Notes under the pieces: model-generated | What the model was told of the DNA's origin: nothing | What the model saw: only the letters and a program-made list of their open reading frames with translations | Databases searched by the model: none | Source: Lama guanicoe | Taxonomy: Eukaryota | Length of the DNA stretch: 64,000 nt | Reading direction: 5' to 3' | Assembly (NCBI GenBank): GCA_013239625.1 | Contig: MU053652.1 | Coordinates: 8,878,077-8,942,076, forward strand | In this document: in pieces, positions 39,425-50,500 of the stretch | How the letters are laid out: every line of letters starts with the position of its first letter | Position numbering within the stretch: the first letter of the stretch is position 1 | Made by a program: the position numbers and the translations under genes

Positions 39425-40198
39425 CTGCCCGGTGTTCTGATGAAATTATGACCTGTGCAGAGAGAGCGCCCATCTCCGGGGGAGGTAAGTGCATCTCGTC
39501 CTGCAGCCCTGTCCCAGCAGCACAAAGTCTTAGACTTCTGCAGCTGCTTTGGGCAGGACGTTCTGTACCGCAATTCATTAAACACTGATGGACAACTGAA
39601 AAAATATACATGATATGCTGACTCCTTTTAAATACACATGTGGGAAGTGGATGAGTGGATGACTATGAAGAAACTCCCCAAATGACTAAAAGTTCATGAG
39701 GCAGAATAGACTTTCCCAAGGCCATAGTTACCCTCCTGGTCAGTTAAACTAGTGTATCTCTTAGAAGTAATCAAACTCATTTCTTCAAGTTGAATAGGTT
39801 TGGCTCTTTTTTGATGCATGGCCTACCGGCTTATATTTCTGTTTAATCACTGCGTTAACGTCTGTCAAGACATGCAGGGGATTCGTCAGCCTCCTTGAAT
39901 CTCCAGCAAGAGGTCAAAAGCCTTCTTTGCTAAATCTCTTAGAAATAAAACCATACCACCTGCCAGGAACATTTTCTAGGGATATGATCGATGTGTGGTT
40001 CTGAAAGCCATCTAGAGAAGCTCAGTTATACTTGATCAGTTTTCACGATATGATATCCAAGCACTGGAACACGATCCATTATTCTCTGTATTTTATCAGT
40101 TCTGTGTCAGAGTCTTTCAAGAAAAGGTTTTTGTCTGTGTTTTCCAAATGCCTGCTGTTATCCCTCTGACAAACACTCTTTCTGCTTGACTATTTCAG

Positions 40199-40340
40199 CA
40201 CTTTTATGTAATGGAAAATTTCATAAACACTTGCAAGAAATCTTTGTGCCCTTGGTTGTCCGCTACGTGGATCTCATGGAGTCCTCCATCGCGCAGTCAA
40301 TTCACAGAGGTTTTGAGCAAGAGACATGGCAGCCTGTCAA
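40199..40340 (+). CDS. CADPS2: CADPS2 coding exon, 142 nt, phase 1 to 2: (A)[46 protein letters not shown]
   Basis: Acceptor gactatttcag; donor CAA|gtaggt; MHD1-region sequence. Confidence 0.96.
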
Positions 40341-40465
40341 GTAGGTATCTTGCCTAGTGTCCGTGGAGCACCTGTCTCTCCTCTCCTGACCTGATGACTT
40401 TACACATGGCCATCTGTAGTTATTGCTTATGGTGGTCCCTTCCCACGTTGTTTGTTTCTTTACAG

Positions 40466-40585
40466 GAATATCGCCAACAGTCTTCCCAATGTAGCTCTTC
40501 CAAAAGTTCCAAGTCTGCCTCTTAATCTTCCACAGATTCCTAGTTTTTCTACTCCTTCGTGGATGGCTTCTTTATATGAGTCCAC
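40466..40585 (+). CDS. CADPS2: CADPS2 120-nt cassette exon, phase 2 to 2: (K)[39 protein letters not shown](T)
   Basis: Acceptor tttgtttctttacag; donor CAC|gtgtgt; open frame, length divisible by 3; follows a 125-nt intron. Confidence 0.92.
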
Positions 40586-40626
40586 GTGTGTATCCCTCAC
40601 TTATTTCCTGGTGGCGTGTTAGCTGG

Positions 40627-40672
40627 TGCATGGCCTGGGCTGTGTTCTGTGCAGATATGTTTAGACTGCATG
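40627..40672 (+). promoter_or_regulatory. Two RBFOX motifs (TGCATG) downstream of the 120-nt cassette exon
   Basis: TGCATG at 40627-40632 and 40667-40672, about 42 and 82 nt after the donor. Confidence 0.7.
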
Positions 40673-41254
40673 GCATTTTTTTTTTTAAATCATCGTTGGT
40701 TGAGGAATACTGTGTTTTGGTTTTCTTCGTTTGAGTTTTGTAAGCTATTAAGCTAAGCTTAGCGTATCAGTGAAAAGTGGTTTGGGATTTTTTTTTTTTA
40801 ATGTTCACTGGTTTGATGTCATTCTATGTAATCTGTGGGGCAGGGGACATTTTGTGACCCAGGTTGTAGACTCTAGTCTAAGTGATAAAACCAGAGTTCT
40901 CCATGTTCAGACAAGCAGTGTGGCTAACGGTATGTATGTCCAAGATCCTTAGTTGGCTCCAGTTTTGTTCCTGCCCATGTGATTTATCTTGTATATGTCA
41001 AAAAACGTTTTTAAGAGCAGATTCAAGAACATAATCTTTTTCTACTTTTATCTTAATCTCCCCTTTAAAGGAACAACATTGCAGGTTGCAGAGAAGGGGT
41101 TTTCCTTTATTTCTCAGTACCAGCATGTTCTTTTGTCCTTTCATATATCATTTGATGCACTTTGTTAATTTTAAGTAATCTTTATATCATTACAAACCAT
41201 GTTTATTAAGTCCACACTGCGATGAACCTACCTATTGCAGGTGAAAAGGACATG

Positions 41255-41435
41255 GCCTTTGAAACTGATCAGCCCCAAATTTAGATCCTAGCTTATTCTT
41301 CGTTAAGTCTTTTTCTTAGCCCCAGTTTCCTCAACTCTAAAATGGTTATGACACCTAATTTAAAGACGTTTTTATGAGGACTGAAAAAAAAACACTGAAA
41401 CACTGGCACAGGTCAGGCTCACAATAAATGCTAAC
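41255..41435 (+). mobile_element. MIR SINE
   Basis: ccccagtttcctcaactctaaaatgg...cactggcacaggtcaggctcacaataaatgcta. Confidence 0.6.
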
Positions 41436-41627
41436 TACTCCTCTCCATTATGACTCTTATTACTGTAATTATTATTACCACCATCTGTCATCATCACTAT
41501 TCATGACAGTTTGGGTTTCAAAAGGATGAGCCTCAGAACAATCAAACGAACTCAGTTTAATACTCCACGCTTTGCACAAGGTCTCATTTGAAGCCAGCTA
41601 GAAAGAATAATAATTAGAAGAAAAAGA

Positions 41628-41840
41628 GCTACCATTTATTAAGCATTTGTTGTATACAGTGCCCAATTCTTTATCTCGCTTATGCCTTATAACAACTCTG
41701 TGAGGTAAATGTCATTTTTCCTATTTTACAGTTAAGGAAACTAAGTCACAAAGAAGTTAAAAGGCAAAACTTGCCAATGTCTCACAGTAAGTAAATCACA
41801 GAGACACGATGGAAGCCAGGTTTGCTGGACTCCTGAGCCC
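41628..41840 (-). mobile_element. MIR SINE
   Basis: ctaccatttattaagcattt...aacaactctgtgaggtaaat...attttacagttaaggaaactaagtcacaaagaagttaa. Confidence 0.7.
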
Positions 41841-44800
41841 TCCCTCCTCTCGTTAATCCATTTTACTTCCAGAGAACATGCTGATGAAGAGCTTGTCCAG
41901 CATCCTTTCTCCCTGTCCTCCCACCAAGTGTCAGCCCTAGTCCCAGTCTAGTCTGCATGCAGTCAAGAAAAGGGAGAAGAAAAGACCAAGAAAGAGAATG
42001 ATAACTTGCAAAATAGTTGGACAGTTTTTCTCCAAATTAAACATCATCACTGTACTCATAGGAGTTACCAGGCTCTTAGGTTACATGTGAATCTTCTTCT
42101 TACAGGCAAATGCTTCAGGCTGTCAAAGTGTGTAGAGTGGTGTCTGTGTGTGCTCAAGAATCCTCTAAGAAGTAGACTAAGTCTTGCTAAGTCTGTGACT
42201 TTTCTTGTACTTCCTTATACTGTTTCATAATTTAACTCCTCTTCTTCCTCATTTCCCGTCTGTTTAACATCCTTGATTTCACTGAGGGACACTATTGTGG
42301 GCATTGCCATGTGAAATTCAGTAGGGGTTTTTTTGTCATTATTATTTATTAGCTTTGAAATATGTGTGAACCCTGAATCTCATTATTGGGGTCTACTTTT
42401 TTAAAATGACCTGTGGTCTCAGGAATGTCCTGTCTTTGGAACAAATTGTGATTTTGTAAATAAAGTGCTTCCACTTTCATCATTCTGGACAAATGAAAAA
42501 TACGTTTTTACAAGTTAGTCACCATTACCTTTTCCTGCCGAGATTATCAACATTAGGCCCTTTGTCAAGGTGCCCGGAATTACTCATAATGTTCTGATGT
42601 CATTGCAATTAGTTGTTTTTTTTTATTTTTAGCTTTTCTTATAAAGCATCGAATGGCAAAAAAAAAAATTCCCTTTCACATGTTTAAGGAGTTAAAAATA
42701 CAATTACTGATAAAGTCAAGACAAGTACTACTAAAGTAGCAATGAGTTTGAAGATACATCTCTACCTGCTAATGTATAAATCGCCGTAGGAGGCGCCCCT
42801 CCAGATCTCTCCCTGTATATAAAATCTTCATTCTGGGTTTTTTAGCTCTAAAAGTGAATGCCAAGAAGGTAAGTTTCCTGCTGGCATTTTTAGTAAATTG
42901 TCTCAGACTCCATTATTCACGTTTGGATTCTTTAATCTGTTAATAATACTTTTAGGGATAGGTCACTGATTAGAAATAATTTTAAAATGAAAAAGTTCTG
43001 AATAAATTGCAGGTTATACCTGCCAGCTTGAGAGAAAACCTATTTACATTTTTCCCATCTATCTATCTAATTATAACAAACACTTGTTATCTTAATTACA
43101 TTCCCAATTAAGCACATGTATCGTTCAGAATTTTACCGTAACATCAAAGAACAGAAAACACATACACCCATGTTCTCTTTAAAGATGTCATTGTCACATA
43201 TTATGAGAAAGTCTGTTTTTAATAGACTTCTACCTTTACTGTTTCAGATTTTGTTTTAATGGTGGTTTTTGTTGCTGTTGTTTGGTTGTGCTGTTACTTA
43301 TATTTCTCAAAAGTAAAAAAGAAAATTATAAGAAGTAGACTTGCTTCTTTGCCAGTTATACTCAATGACTCTTAAAACATCATTTCTCTCATCTATCAAA
43401 TTGTACACTAGAGATATAAAGGAGGATTCGCTTTATCTTTTTTCTCTTATTTTTATTATATAAATGGCAAAAAGGAGAATTAAATATAGTGTTTTTTCCA
43501 ACTTTTTTTGCAGCAGTATCAGAGAGGTTGTCTGGCTTTTTTTGTTTAATACTTTGGGGGCACTGAATATTAAGGTCAGGAGATGTTAAGTGAGGAAAGT
43601 GCTGTGGGTAGTGCTTTGCTGCGACTATTCCCTTGAGAATTGAACTCCGAGGCTGTCTCGGCTAGACAAGGAGGTCATGAGGAATTACTGGCAGAATGGG
43701 AGGAGGAAAGCCAGGCTGGCTGGTGAGGGAGCCGAGATGCTAAGGCGGGGAGGCGGGGGAGGTGCAGAGAAGCTTTTAATTAGCCAGAGCAGGAGGTGAT
43801 CGTTTTTTTAAGCTGGCTCATTAAAATATATTTTGCTCAACAATATGGTTTTATAAAAGAATTTTATATTTTATAAACGTTTTACCATGCCTTTGTGATA
43901 AGTTATTTTCTTTTTAAAATGATCTTTTGCAAACTTAAAGTATAAGTTTTCGGTCAGTGTATGTTAAACGGTTGTTGGAAAGTAAGCAGAAATGAATCCT
44001 ACAGCGGTTTTTGGTTTTTTTCTTTTCTTTTGTTCTCTTTTATAATTAGGTTTCAATTATGTTTAAACATAGGAATATTTTACTTTGAAAACATGCGTTT
44101 TCCTATTAGGCTGTATACTTGCATAATAGAAAGTAATGCTATTATCCTTTGCCTAAATATTGTGTATACTCTGGCACAGGTTCCCTTCATACATGGTGTA
44201 AAAACACGTTCCCCTAGAGTAACTTACCGTGGTTGTGAATGCATAGCAAGGCTTGGCTCCACAGTTAGGTAGATGGGAGGACCTGAAATCCATGACCTTG
44301 CTCCAACTTTAGAGCACCCTGAACGTCATCTTTCTGTTGGACCATCCCTGGCACTAGGCTAGGTTTAGTTATGAGTGAGAAAAGGCACAAAGCGTTTCAA
44401 AATAGAAGTAAGACTTTCCCCGCTACCCCACCTGTTCCACCTTTCGTGCCCAGTACCTGTTTCACCTTTACTTGCAATGGAGAAATGTAAGGCCCTGAAG
44501 GCTGCATACCGGTAGACAGACAGAAACCATCACGATGACAGAAGCACAGATGCGTGAGTTGAGTGAAGCTACTGATTGTTTTCATGTGGATTTTCCTGCA
44601 TAAAACATACTTTTCTGAACTTCTAGGAGGACATATGTATTTTATCTTTATCCTAGAGATTGGTAAAGAACATTTCAGATGTCTGTTCTTATGTGTACAA
44701 TTTGACTTTTTTTTCCTCAGTAAAGAATTATTATCCATTTTGCCCCTGTTTATGAAACCTGACTACTGGATTTCTATTTTGTTCTCCTTGCCTTGCCTTA

Positions 44801-44983
44801 TTCATTACGAAATGGAAAGGAAAAGTCAGAAGGTTGAGCAAAGAAAATATTCACCACTAGAGATTTTACGTAGTATTTCTTCACTGATGGCAATTGATAC
44901 GGAAAAGAAAAAAACAATGCATTTGGTGATCCACAGAGCTAACAGTGGGAGTTCATGCTGTTCATTTTTCCTTTTTCTTCTAG

Positions 44984-45139
44984 CAATGGCTCAGCGACAT
45001 CAGAAGACCTTTTTTGGAAACTCGATGCCCTGCAAATGTTTGTCTTTGACCTCCACTGGCCAGAACAAGAATTTGCCCACCACTTAGAGCAAAGACTTAA
45101 ACTAATGGCCAGTGATATGATAGAGGCCTGTGTCAAAAG
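44984..45139 (+). CDS. CADPS2: CADPS2 coding exon, 156 nt, phase 2 to 2: [51 protein letters not shown](R)
   Basis: Acceptor ctttttcttctag; donor AAG|gtagac; within ORF 44955..45143. Confidence 0.96.
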
Positions 45140-45932
45140 GTAGACGTGCGTTTTCAAGTTTCTGCTTACTACGCCAGCATCCAAAATAACACGTGTCACC
45201 AACTACCTGTTGTATAGTCGTTACCAGAAAGGATTCAATATGTACTACTTTCTCCAAAATGTTAAGGACATTCGGTCCTTTGACCTAAATTCTGGGGACC
45301 CATGTAATTGATAAAATTGGCCTGATAACGTTTTTGCAGGTCTCCTAACCGTTGCCGTCCTCAGCAGCGCCCACAGCGAAGTAATCCTTTCTGTTATGCG
45401 TCTGGTTCTCTCTCTGGGGATACCGTGCTTTAAATTCCCAAGGCAGTACTTCCTGAGACGTACGGAAGAGGCCCGTTGAGTTCTTTACGCGTTGTGTGCT
45501 GTGTCCGTGTGCTGCGGAATGACATGGCAAACTCACGTGATGACCACTGCCGTCAGTTGTTCTGTTTTCTGGTAGTCCCTAGCCACGTCCGATGAGCTCC
45601 AGGCTCCCACTTACATTCTTTAGAACTTAACCAGAAATAAGTTATGAGGCTTTGGAGTCTTCTGCATGTGCTTTTTTCTTTTTTTTCTTTTTTTAACAGT
45701 TTTTTACAAAATCAGCATTGCACCCTGATTAGCATTGTTTTCCCGACTGCCCCTGCTCGTGATCTGTGCAGGAACAGCGTGGGCAGCATACTGGAGTAAC
45801 AAGCCCTGGCTGGAGCCATTGAATAATCCTGAGTTCTTTAAAGCGAGAAAAACCCTGTCCTTAGAATAATGTTTAACGGCCTCCTAAGGCAAGGCCATGG
45901 ATTATATTATTTAATGTTAGAAAAATATCCTG

Positions 45933-46070
45933 GGAGGAGGGGAGGGCATGGCTCAGTGGTAGAGTGTGTGCTTAGCATCCATGAGGTCCTGGGTTCAATC
46001 CCCAGTCCCGCCATTCAATAAGTAAATAAATATAAGCACCCCCCCAAAAAAAATACAATTTTAAAATACT
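45933..46070 (+). mobile_element. tRNA-derived SINE, Vic-1-like
   Basis: ggctcagtggtagagtgtgtgcttagcatccatgaggtcctgggttcaatcccc; flanking atcctgg on both sides. Confidence 0.85.
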
Positions 46071-46698
46071 TAATTTTTTTTTTTTTAATCCTGGTCGTCC
46101 TCTGTGATTCTGATGTATCAAACCTATGGGTATTCTTTGAATACTTTAGCAAAAGCAATTCCAAATTGCCTGCTATGAGGTTTTCTTACAAAACCTAAAT
46201 GTCACTTCAGGTATTTGAAAGAGAAACTAAGTGACATAAAAGAATTACACATTCTCTGTCACACGTTAATTATCGTGTTTTAGGGGTTTTTAAACTTGTC
46301 CTTTATTTGATTTGGTAAACCCTCACACAGAGGGTTTGTTCTGCTTTGCTGCAGAGAAGCAAGTGATTTTTCCACTTGGATATTCATTCAGGCAGTTAAG
46401 TGAAACGATGACGTTTTCCCATTAAAAGTGATACGCTGGATGTAGCAAATAGCTTCATTTGGGTAGATCTACTGTCTAAGCGACCGTAGAAGCTGTGTTT
46501 AATATAAAATGTCACAGGCTGAGCTTTCATACGAGACACCTGGAAAGAAGACCGTCTCAACCCCCAGCTCCCAGGCCATGCCTCGCTCCTTATTTGCATG
46601 TTTTAAATTAGCATCTTGTAGTGTCGATTTCACTTGTTACAAAACAGGTGGGACATATGTCAGAACTTCTTACTCCAAATTCATGTTTTAATAAATAG

Positions 46699-46846
46699 AA
46701 CAAGAACTGCGTTCGAACTCAAGCTGCAAAAGGCAAGCAAAACCACCGACTTGCGCATCCCAGCTTCTGTGTGTACGATGTTTAATGTGTTAGTCGATGC
46801 CAAAAAGCAAAGCACCAAACTCTGTGCCCTGGATGGAGGACAGGAG
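46699..46846 (+). CDS. CADPS2: CADPS2 coding exon, 148 nt, phase 2 to 0: [49 protein letters not shown]
   Basis: Acceptor ttttaataaatag; donor GAG|gtaagt; within ORF 46634..46936. Confidence 0.96.
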
Positions 46847-47559
46847 GTAAGTGGATTGGATGTCACCTGTGGAAGGGCAGCATGGGGTGCCCAGGCAAAG
46901 GAGGAAGCTGTTTCCAGAAGTCTCTCGCCTGATTAGATTAAAGAGACCAAGTTCCCAGATACAAGTGTTTGATAGTTTCTTTATTATAATCACGGAGTGC
47001 CCCTTGATCCTTTGCTGTTGTCAGTTTCTTCTTTTTTCTATGAAAACTGCCTAAAATTTTACAAGTGGCCATTGAATTTCAGATACACCTTTTAACAGCT
47101 TAGGTGTTGTTTATTTACATAAACCTTGCTTTTCACAAGCAAATGAGAAAGCTAGAAAGCTACTTGCTTTGTTTATACAAATCTAGAGTATCCAGAGTTT
47201 GCATCTAAAAAACAAGGCATAGAAAACAGTGCATGAAATATTTCATTCGAACAAATTTTCCAATTTTTGAAGGTCAAGTAAAAACATACTTGAAAATTGG
47301 GCTTTGCTTTTTTCAGTAAGTATCCCATTGTTTCAGTTTGATTTCTGTTTTGTTTGGTTCTGTATTCAAAAACACAGTTTATTTTACCTCCTGATTCATT
47401 TTTGTTGAGAGTGGTGATTGGATATCTTTTTCTTAGATTATCTGTTTAAGTTGACGTTTTGTTAACATCTTTTCCCATCGTGATTACTTTTTCATCATTT
47501 CTTTATTTTTCCCTTATGTTCTTCTTCATCGTCTTTTTTTTCCCCATGGCATGATCCAG

Positions 47560-47574
47560 TTTGGTAGTCAATGG
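47560..47574 (+). CDS. CADPS2: CADPS2 15-nt microexon TTTGGTAGTCAATGG (FGSQW), phase 0 to 0
   Basis: Long pyrimidine tract, then atccag|TTTGGTAGTCAATGG|gtaagt; gives GGQE-FGSQW-QQYH as in CAPS2 isoforms I recall. Confidence 0.88.
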
Positions 47575-50500
47575 GTAAGTTTCATTTTTTGTATGTAAAA
47601 GCACATTTTCATTTGAATTATTACTTTTGTAAATTTTTTTTTAACTTTCATCTTTCCAAATTAAAATCATATAGTTAATTTCACTTTCAGGTTTTTGGTT
47701 TCTGGGTATATGTATAATGCTACATAGCAATATCCAAAGACACATTAAAACACATGTAATTACTTATACCTTAAGTAACGTCAAGGGGAAAGTTTCTTCC
47801 CTGTTAAGCTGCAGAATCAACAAACTATTCTTAAATTTTTTCAGATGAAATTATTTAAAACCAAATGAATTCACCCTCCTTCAGATTCTAAATAAACTTA
47901 GCAGCAGAGTGATCATTAATATTTTTAAGATGCATGTATCTGCAGTATATACTTTCACTAATACTGGAAGAATTTAGAATTGAGGGATTTGGATGACAGA
48001 TAGAGTATACAGTACCTCTAAATTTGAGGACCAGGAGGCCACTCTTAAGGTCACTTCATACAGAGGAACCCAACTATAGATTTCAGTGAGGGACACTGAA
48101 TCTGTGATAACAGCCTTTCTTTCTACTCATGGTCTGGGATGTAACCATTATCAGAGGCAGAGAATAGACAGGCCTGTGTCAGGAGCCTGTCCCCTCCCCA
48201 ACACAAGGTTGTCTTAACGTATCACCCAGAGCCTCAGAGGAACGTGATTTGAAAACCCTTTATACCTACAGGATTGACGAGACTAAATAAATAAATAATT
48301 TTTTGTATAAATCAAGTGTTTCTGTGCTCTGTAGACATGTTAAATCTTACAACTCTTACACAGTTGACAACTGGGAGTCAAAGTCAGTGCTAACTCTTTA
48401 CTGGGCTAAGAATGTTCATCCAAGCAGAGAGGCTTAGATAACTGTGACAGAGGATGAGAAGTCCCACTGTTTGTGAAGTTCATACTTCTTGAACCCAGAG
48501 ATAGACATTAGCTATTTGACCATAATTTATGTGTGTGTGTGCGTATTTCATTCCTTGAGCAATTCAGGGGGAAAAGATGTATTTATACAATCTTACAGAT
48601 ACATTAAGTAACTGGTATGTTATAGAATGTTTAGTAATTATTCTCTGATCTCTTACAACCTATTACCTCTAATTAGCTGAATGGTGGGCAGCTGGCTTGG
48701 ATATCAGTGGCTCATAACCACCTTCCCTTGGTTTTCAAGAGCAAGATGTAAGCTTTTGATTGTCTGCTTGAGAATAGTGCCTTAGCCTTTTTATACACAC
48801 ATCCTTTCTCGTCAGATTTATAGAATCATCTCGCCTCTTCCACTAATACTGGATTGATCCATTTGTTCTTAGTTTTACGCACACTGTGGTGCCTGATATA
48901 CAATAGGCACTTAGTAAATATTTGTTGAATGAACAGACTGATTTTTTTTTGTCACTGCTTTAACAATCCTCCCCTGTAAGAAACAACTCACTTTGGTATT
49001 CTGAAAGAAAAACAGGCACCCACACAAATGACAAAACATTGTTGCATTGTCAAATGATTCTTTACATTAATAGGTGGATGGTTTTGAAGAGTAATCTGCT
49101 ACCGTTCATTATGTCTGCACCTGTACCTTCTCACCAGAGACAATTAGTTCCCCACAACTTTCACACAATTAATATGTGTGTTCAAAATGTGCAGGTGTAA
49201 AACCCATTAGCAACCCTGAAAAGTGGTAAACAAGAATTTCAATGCAAGAGAAGTGTTTTATACTTTGCTTTTAATTTCCAGCAAATATATGCACATAATT
49301 GTGCAGGCTTTTCATCTCTGTACGTGCTTGAGATGAGTTTTGGAATTGTTGCAAATTAGTGACACATGTAGGTGAGCCAGTCAGTTGGACCCCACTTTAT
49401 ACAAAGTAACCATGGAAGTTGAAAAAGTATATTATTATACAATTTGGAACCTTATAAAAATGTATACTACATAGGGAAACCTAGCAGATATTTTTTCTAA
49501 ATTTAAGAGAATCACCGCTCCACAGTCTCTAGTAAATTTGTTATGTCATCATTGCTGGGATAAAACCTTCTCATCTGCTTCCCCCCAGCACAGCCCCTTC
49601 TGGGCTCCTAAATTTTTCACATGGTACATGAAGATGCAGACACTCTGGGCCACAGCCCAGAACCACATTTAATGGCATGATTAGTGAGTGAATGATCTAC
49701 TCTGGTGATAGCTATGTGTAATGAAACAGCAGTCTCAGACCAGTCCCTCGGGAACAGTTACTGAGATCAGAAAAGCACCAGTGTTTAGAAACCCCCAGAT
49801 CCATTCCTGCAGAGAAGTAGATGACTGCATGGGCCTTAGGCAGTCGTATGCTCTCAGAACCACTGTATCTCATGATTCATTCACTGAGGATGAAAGCATG
49901 TTAGTGGAGCAACTCGGGGTGGTGTGGGGAGGTGGCTACTTATGTGGGATTTGTTCTCACTTGCAGTAAAAGACTTCCATCTCCAGAACTAATGATCCAG
50001 TACCTTTAAAATCATCCCCAACAGGAGAACCAAAATCTTTTAAGAAAGCTGGATGGCCCTTGTATTTGATTAGTCTTCATTTCTTGTGTGTTTACATGAG
50101 AACAGTCAGGTAAAATGAGGATGTTTACCCGAGTGTAGGGGGGCCAGGATTTCAAACCTGTGCCTGATCTGAATTCCCTGGGCTCCATGAGGTAAGAATT
50201 CCTCAAGCGTTGTTGTAATCCAAGTTGAGAGTCATCTACTGGAGAAGCAAGACATCCACAGTTGACGTTTGAGGGCAGATGTGGGGAAAGTTAGTCTAAG
50301 AATGGTCTGGAAAGTACCAGAGCCCTGACATGTAGGCTCATTGATCCAACTTGAAATATTCTAATAGGAATTTCACAAGCTTTTCTTGTTTCAGACAAAA
50401 ACTTTGCAGATTTTTATCAAAAATTTCACCCATCAATCTAAATGAAAAACCTATCAGTTTTCTCATAGGAACTGTAAATGTGTCCGGATAAATTTTGTTC

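Noticed and set aside
40590..40597. U12-type donor GTATCCCT 4 nt after the cassette donor
   Set aside because: It does not match GTATCCTT, would break the frame, and I saw no U12 branch motif at the next acceptor.
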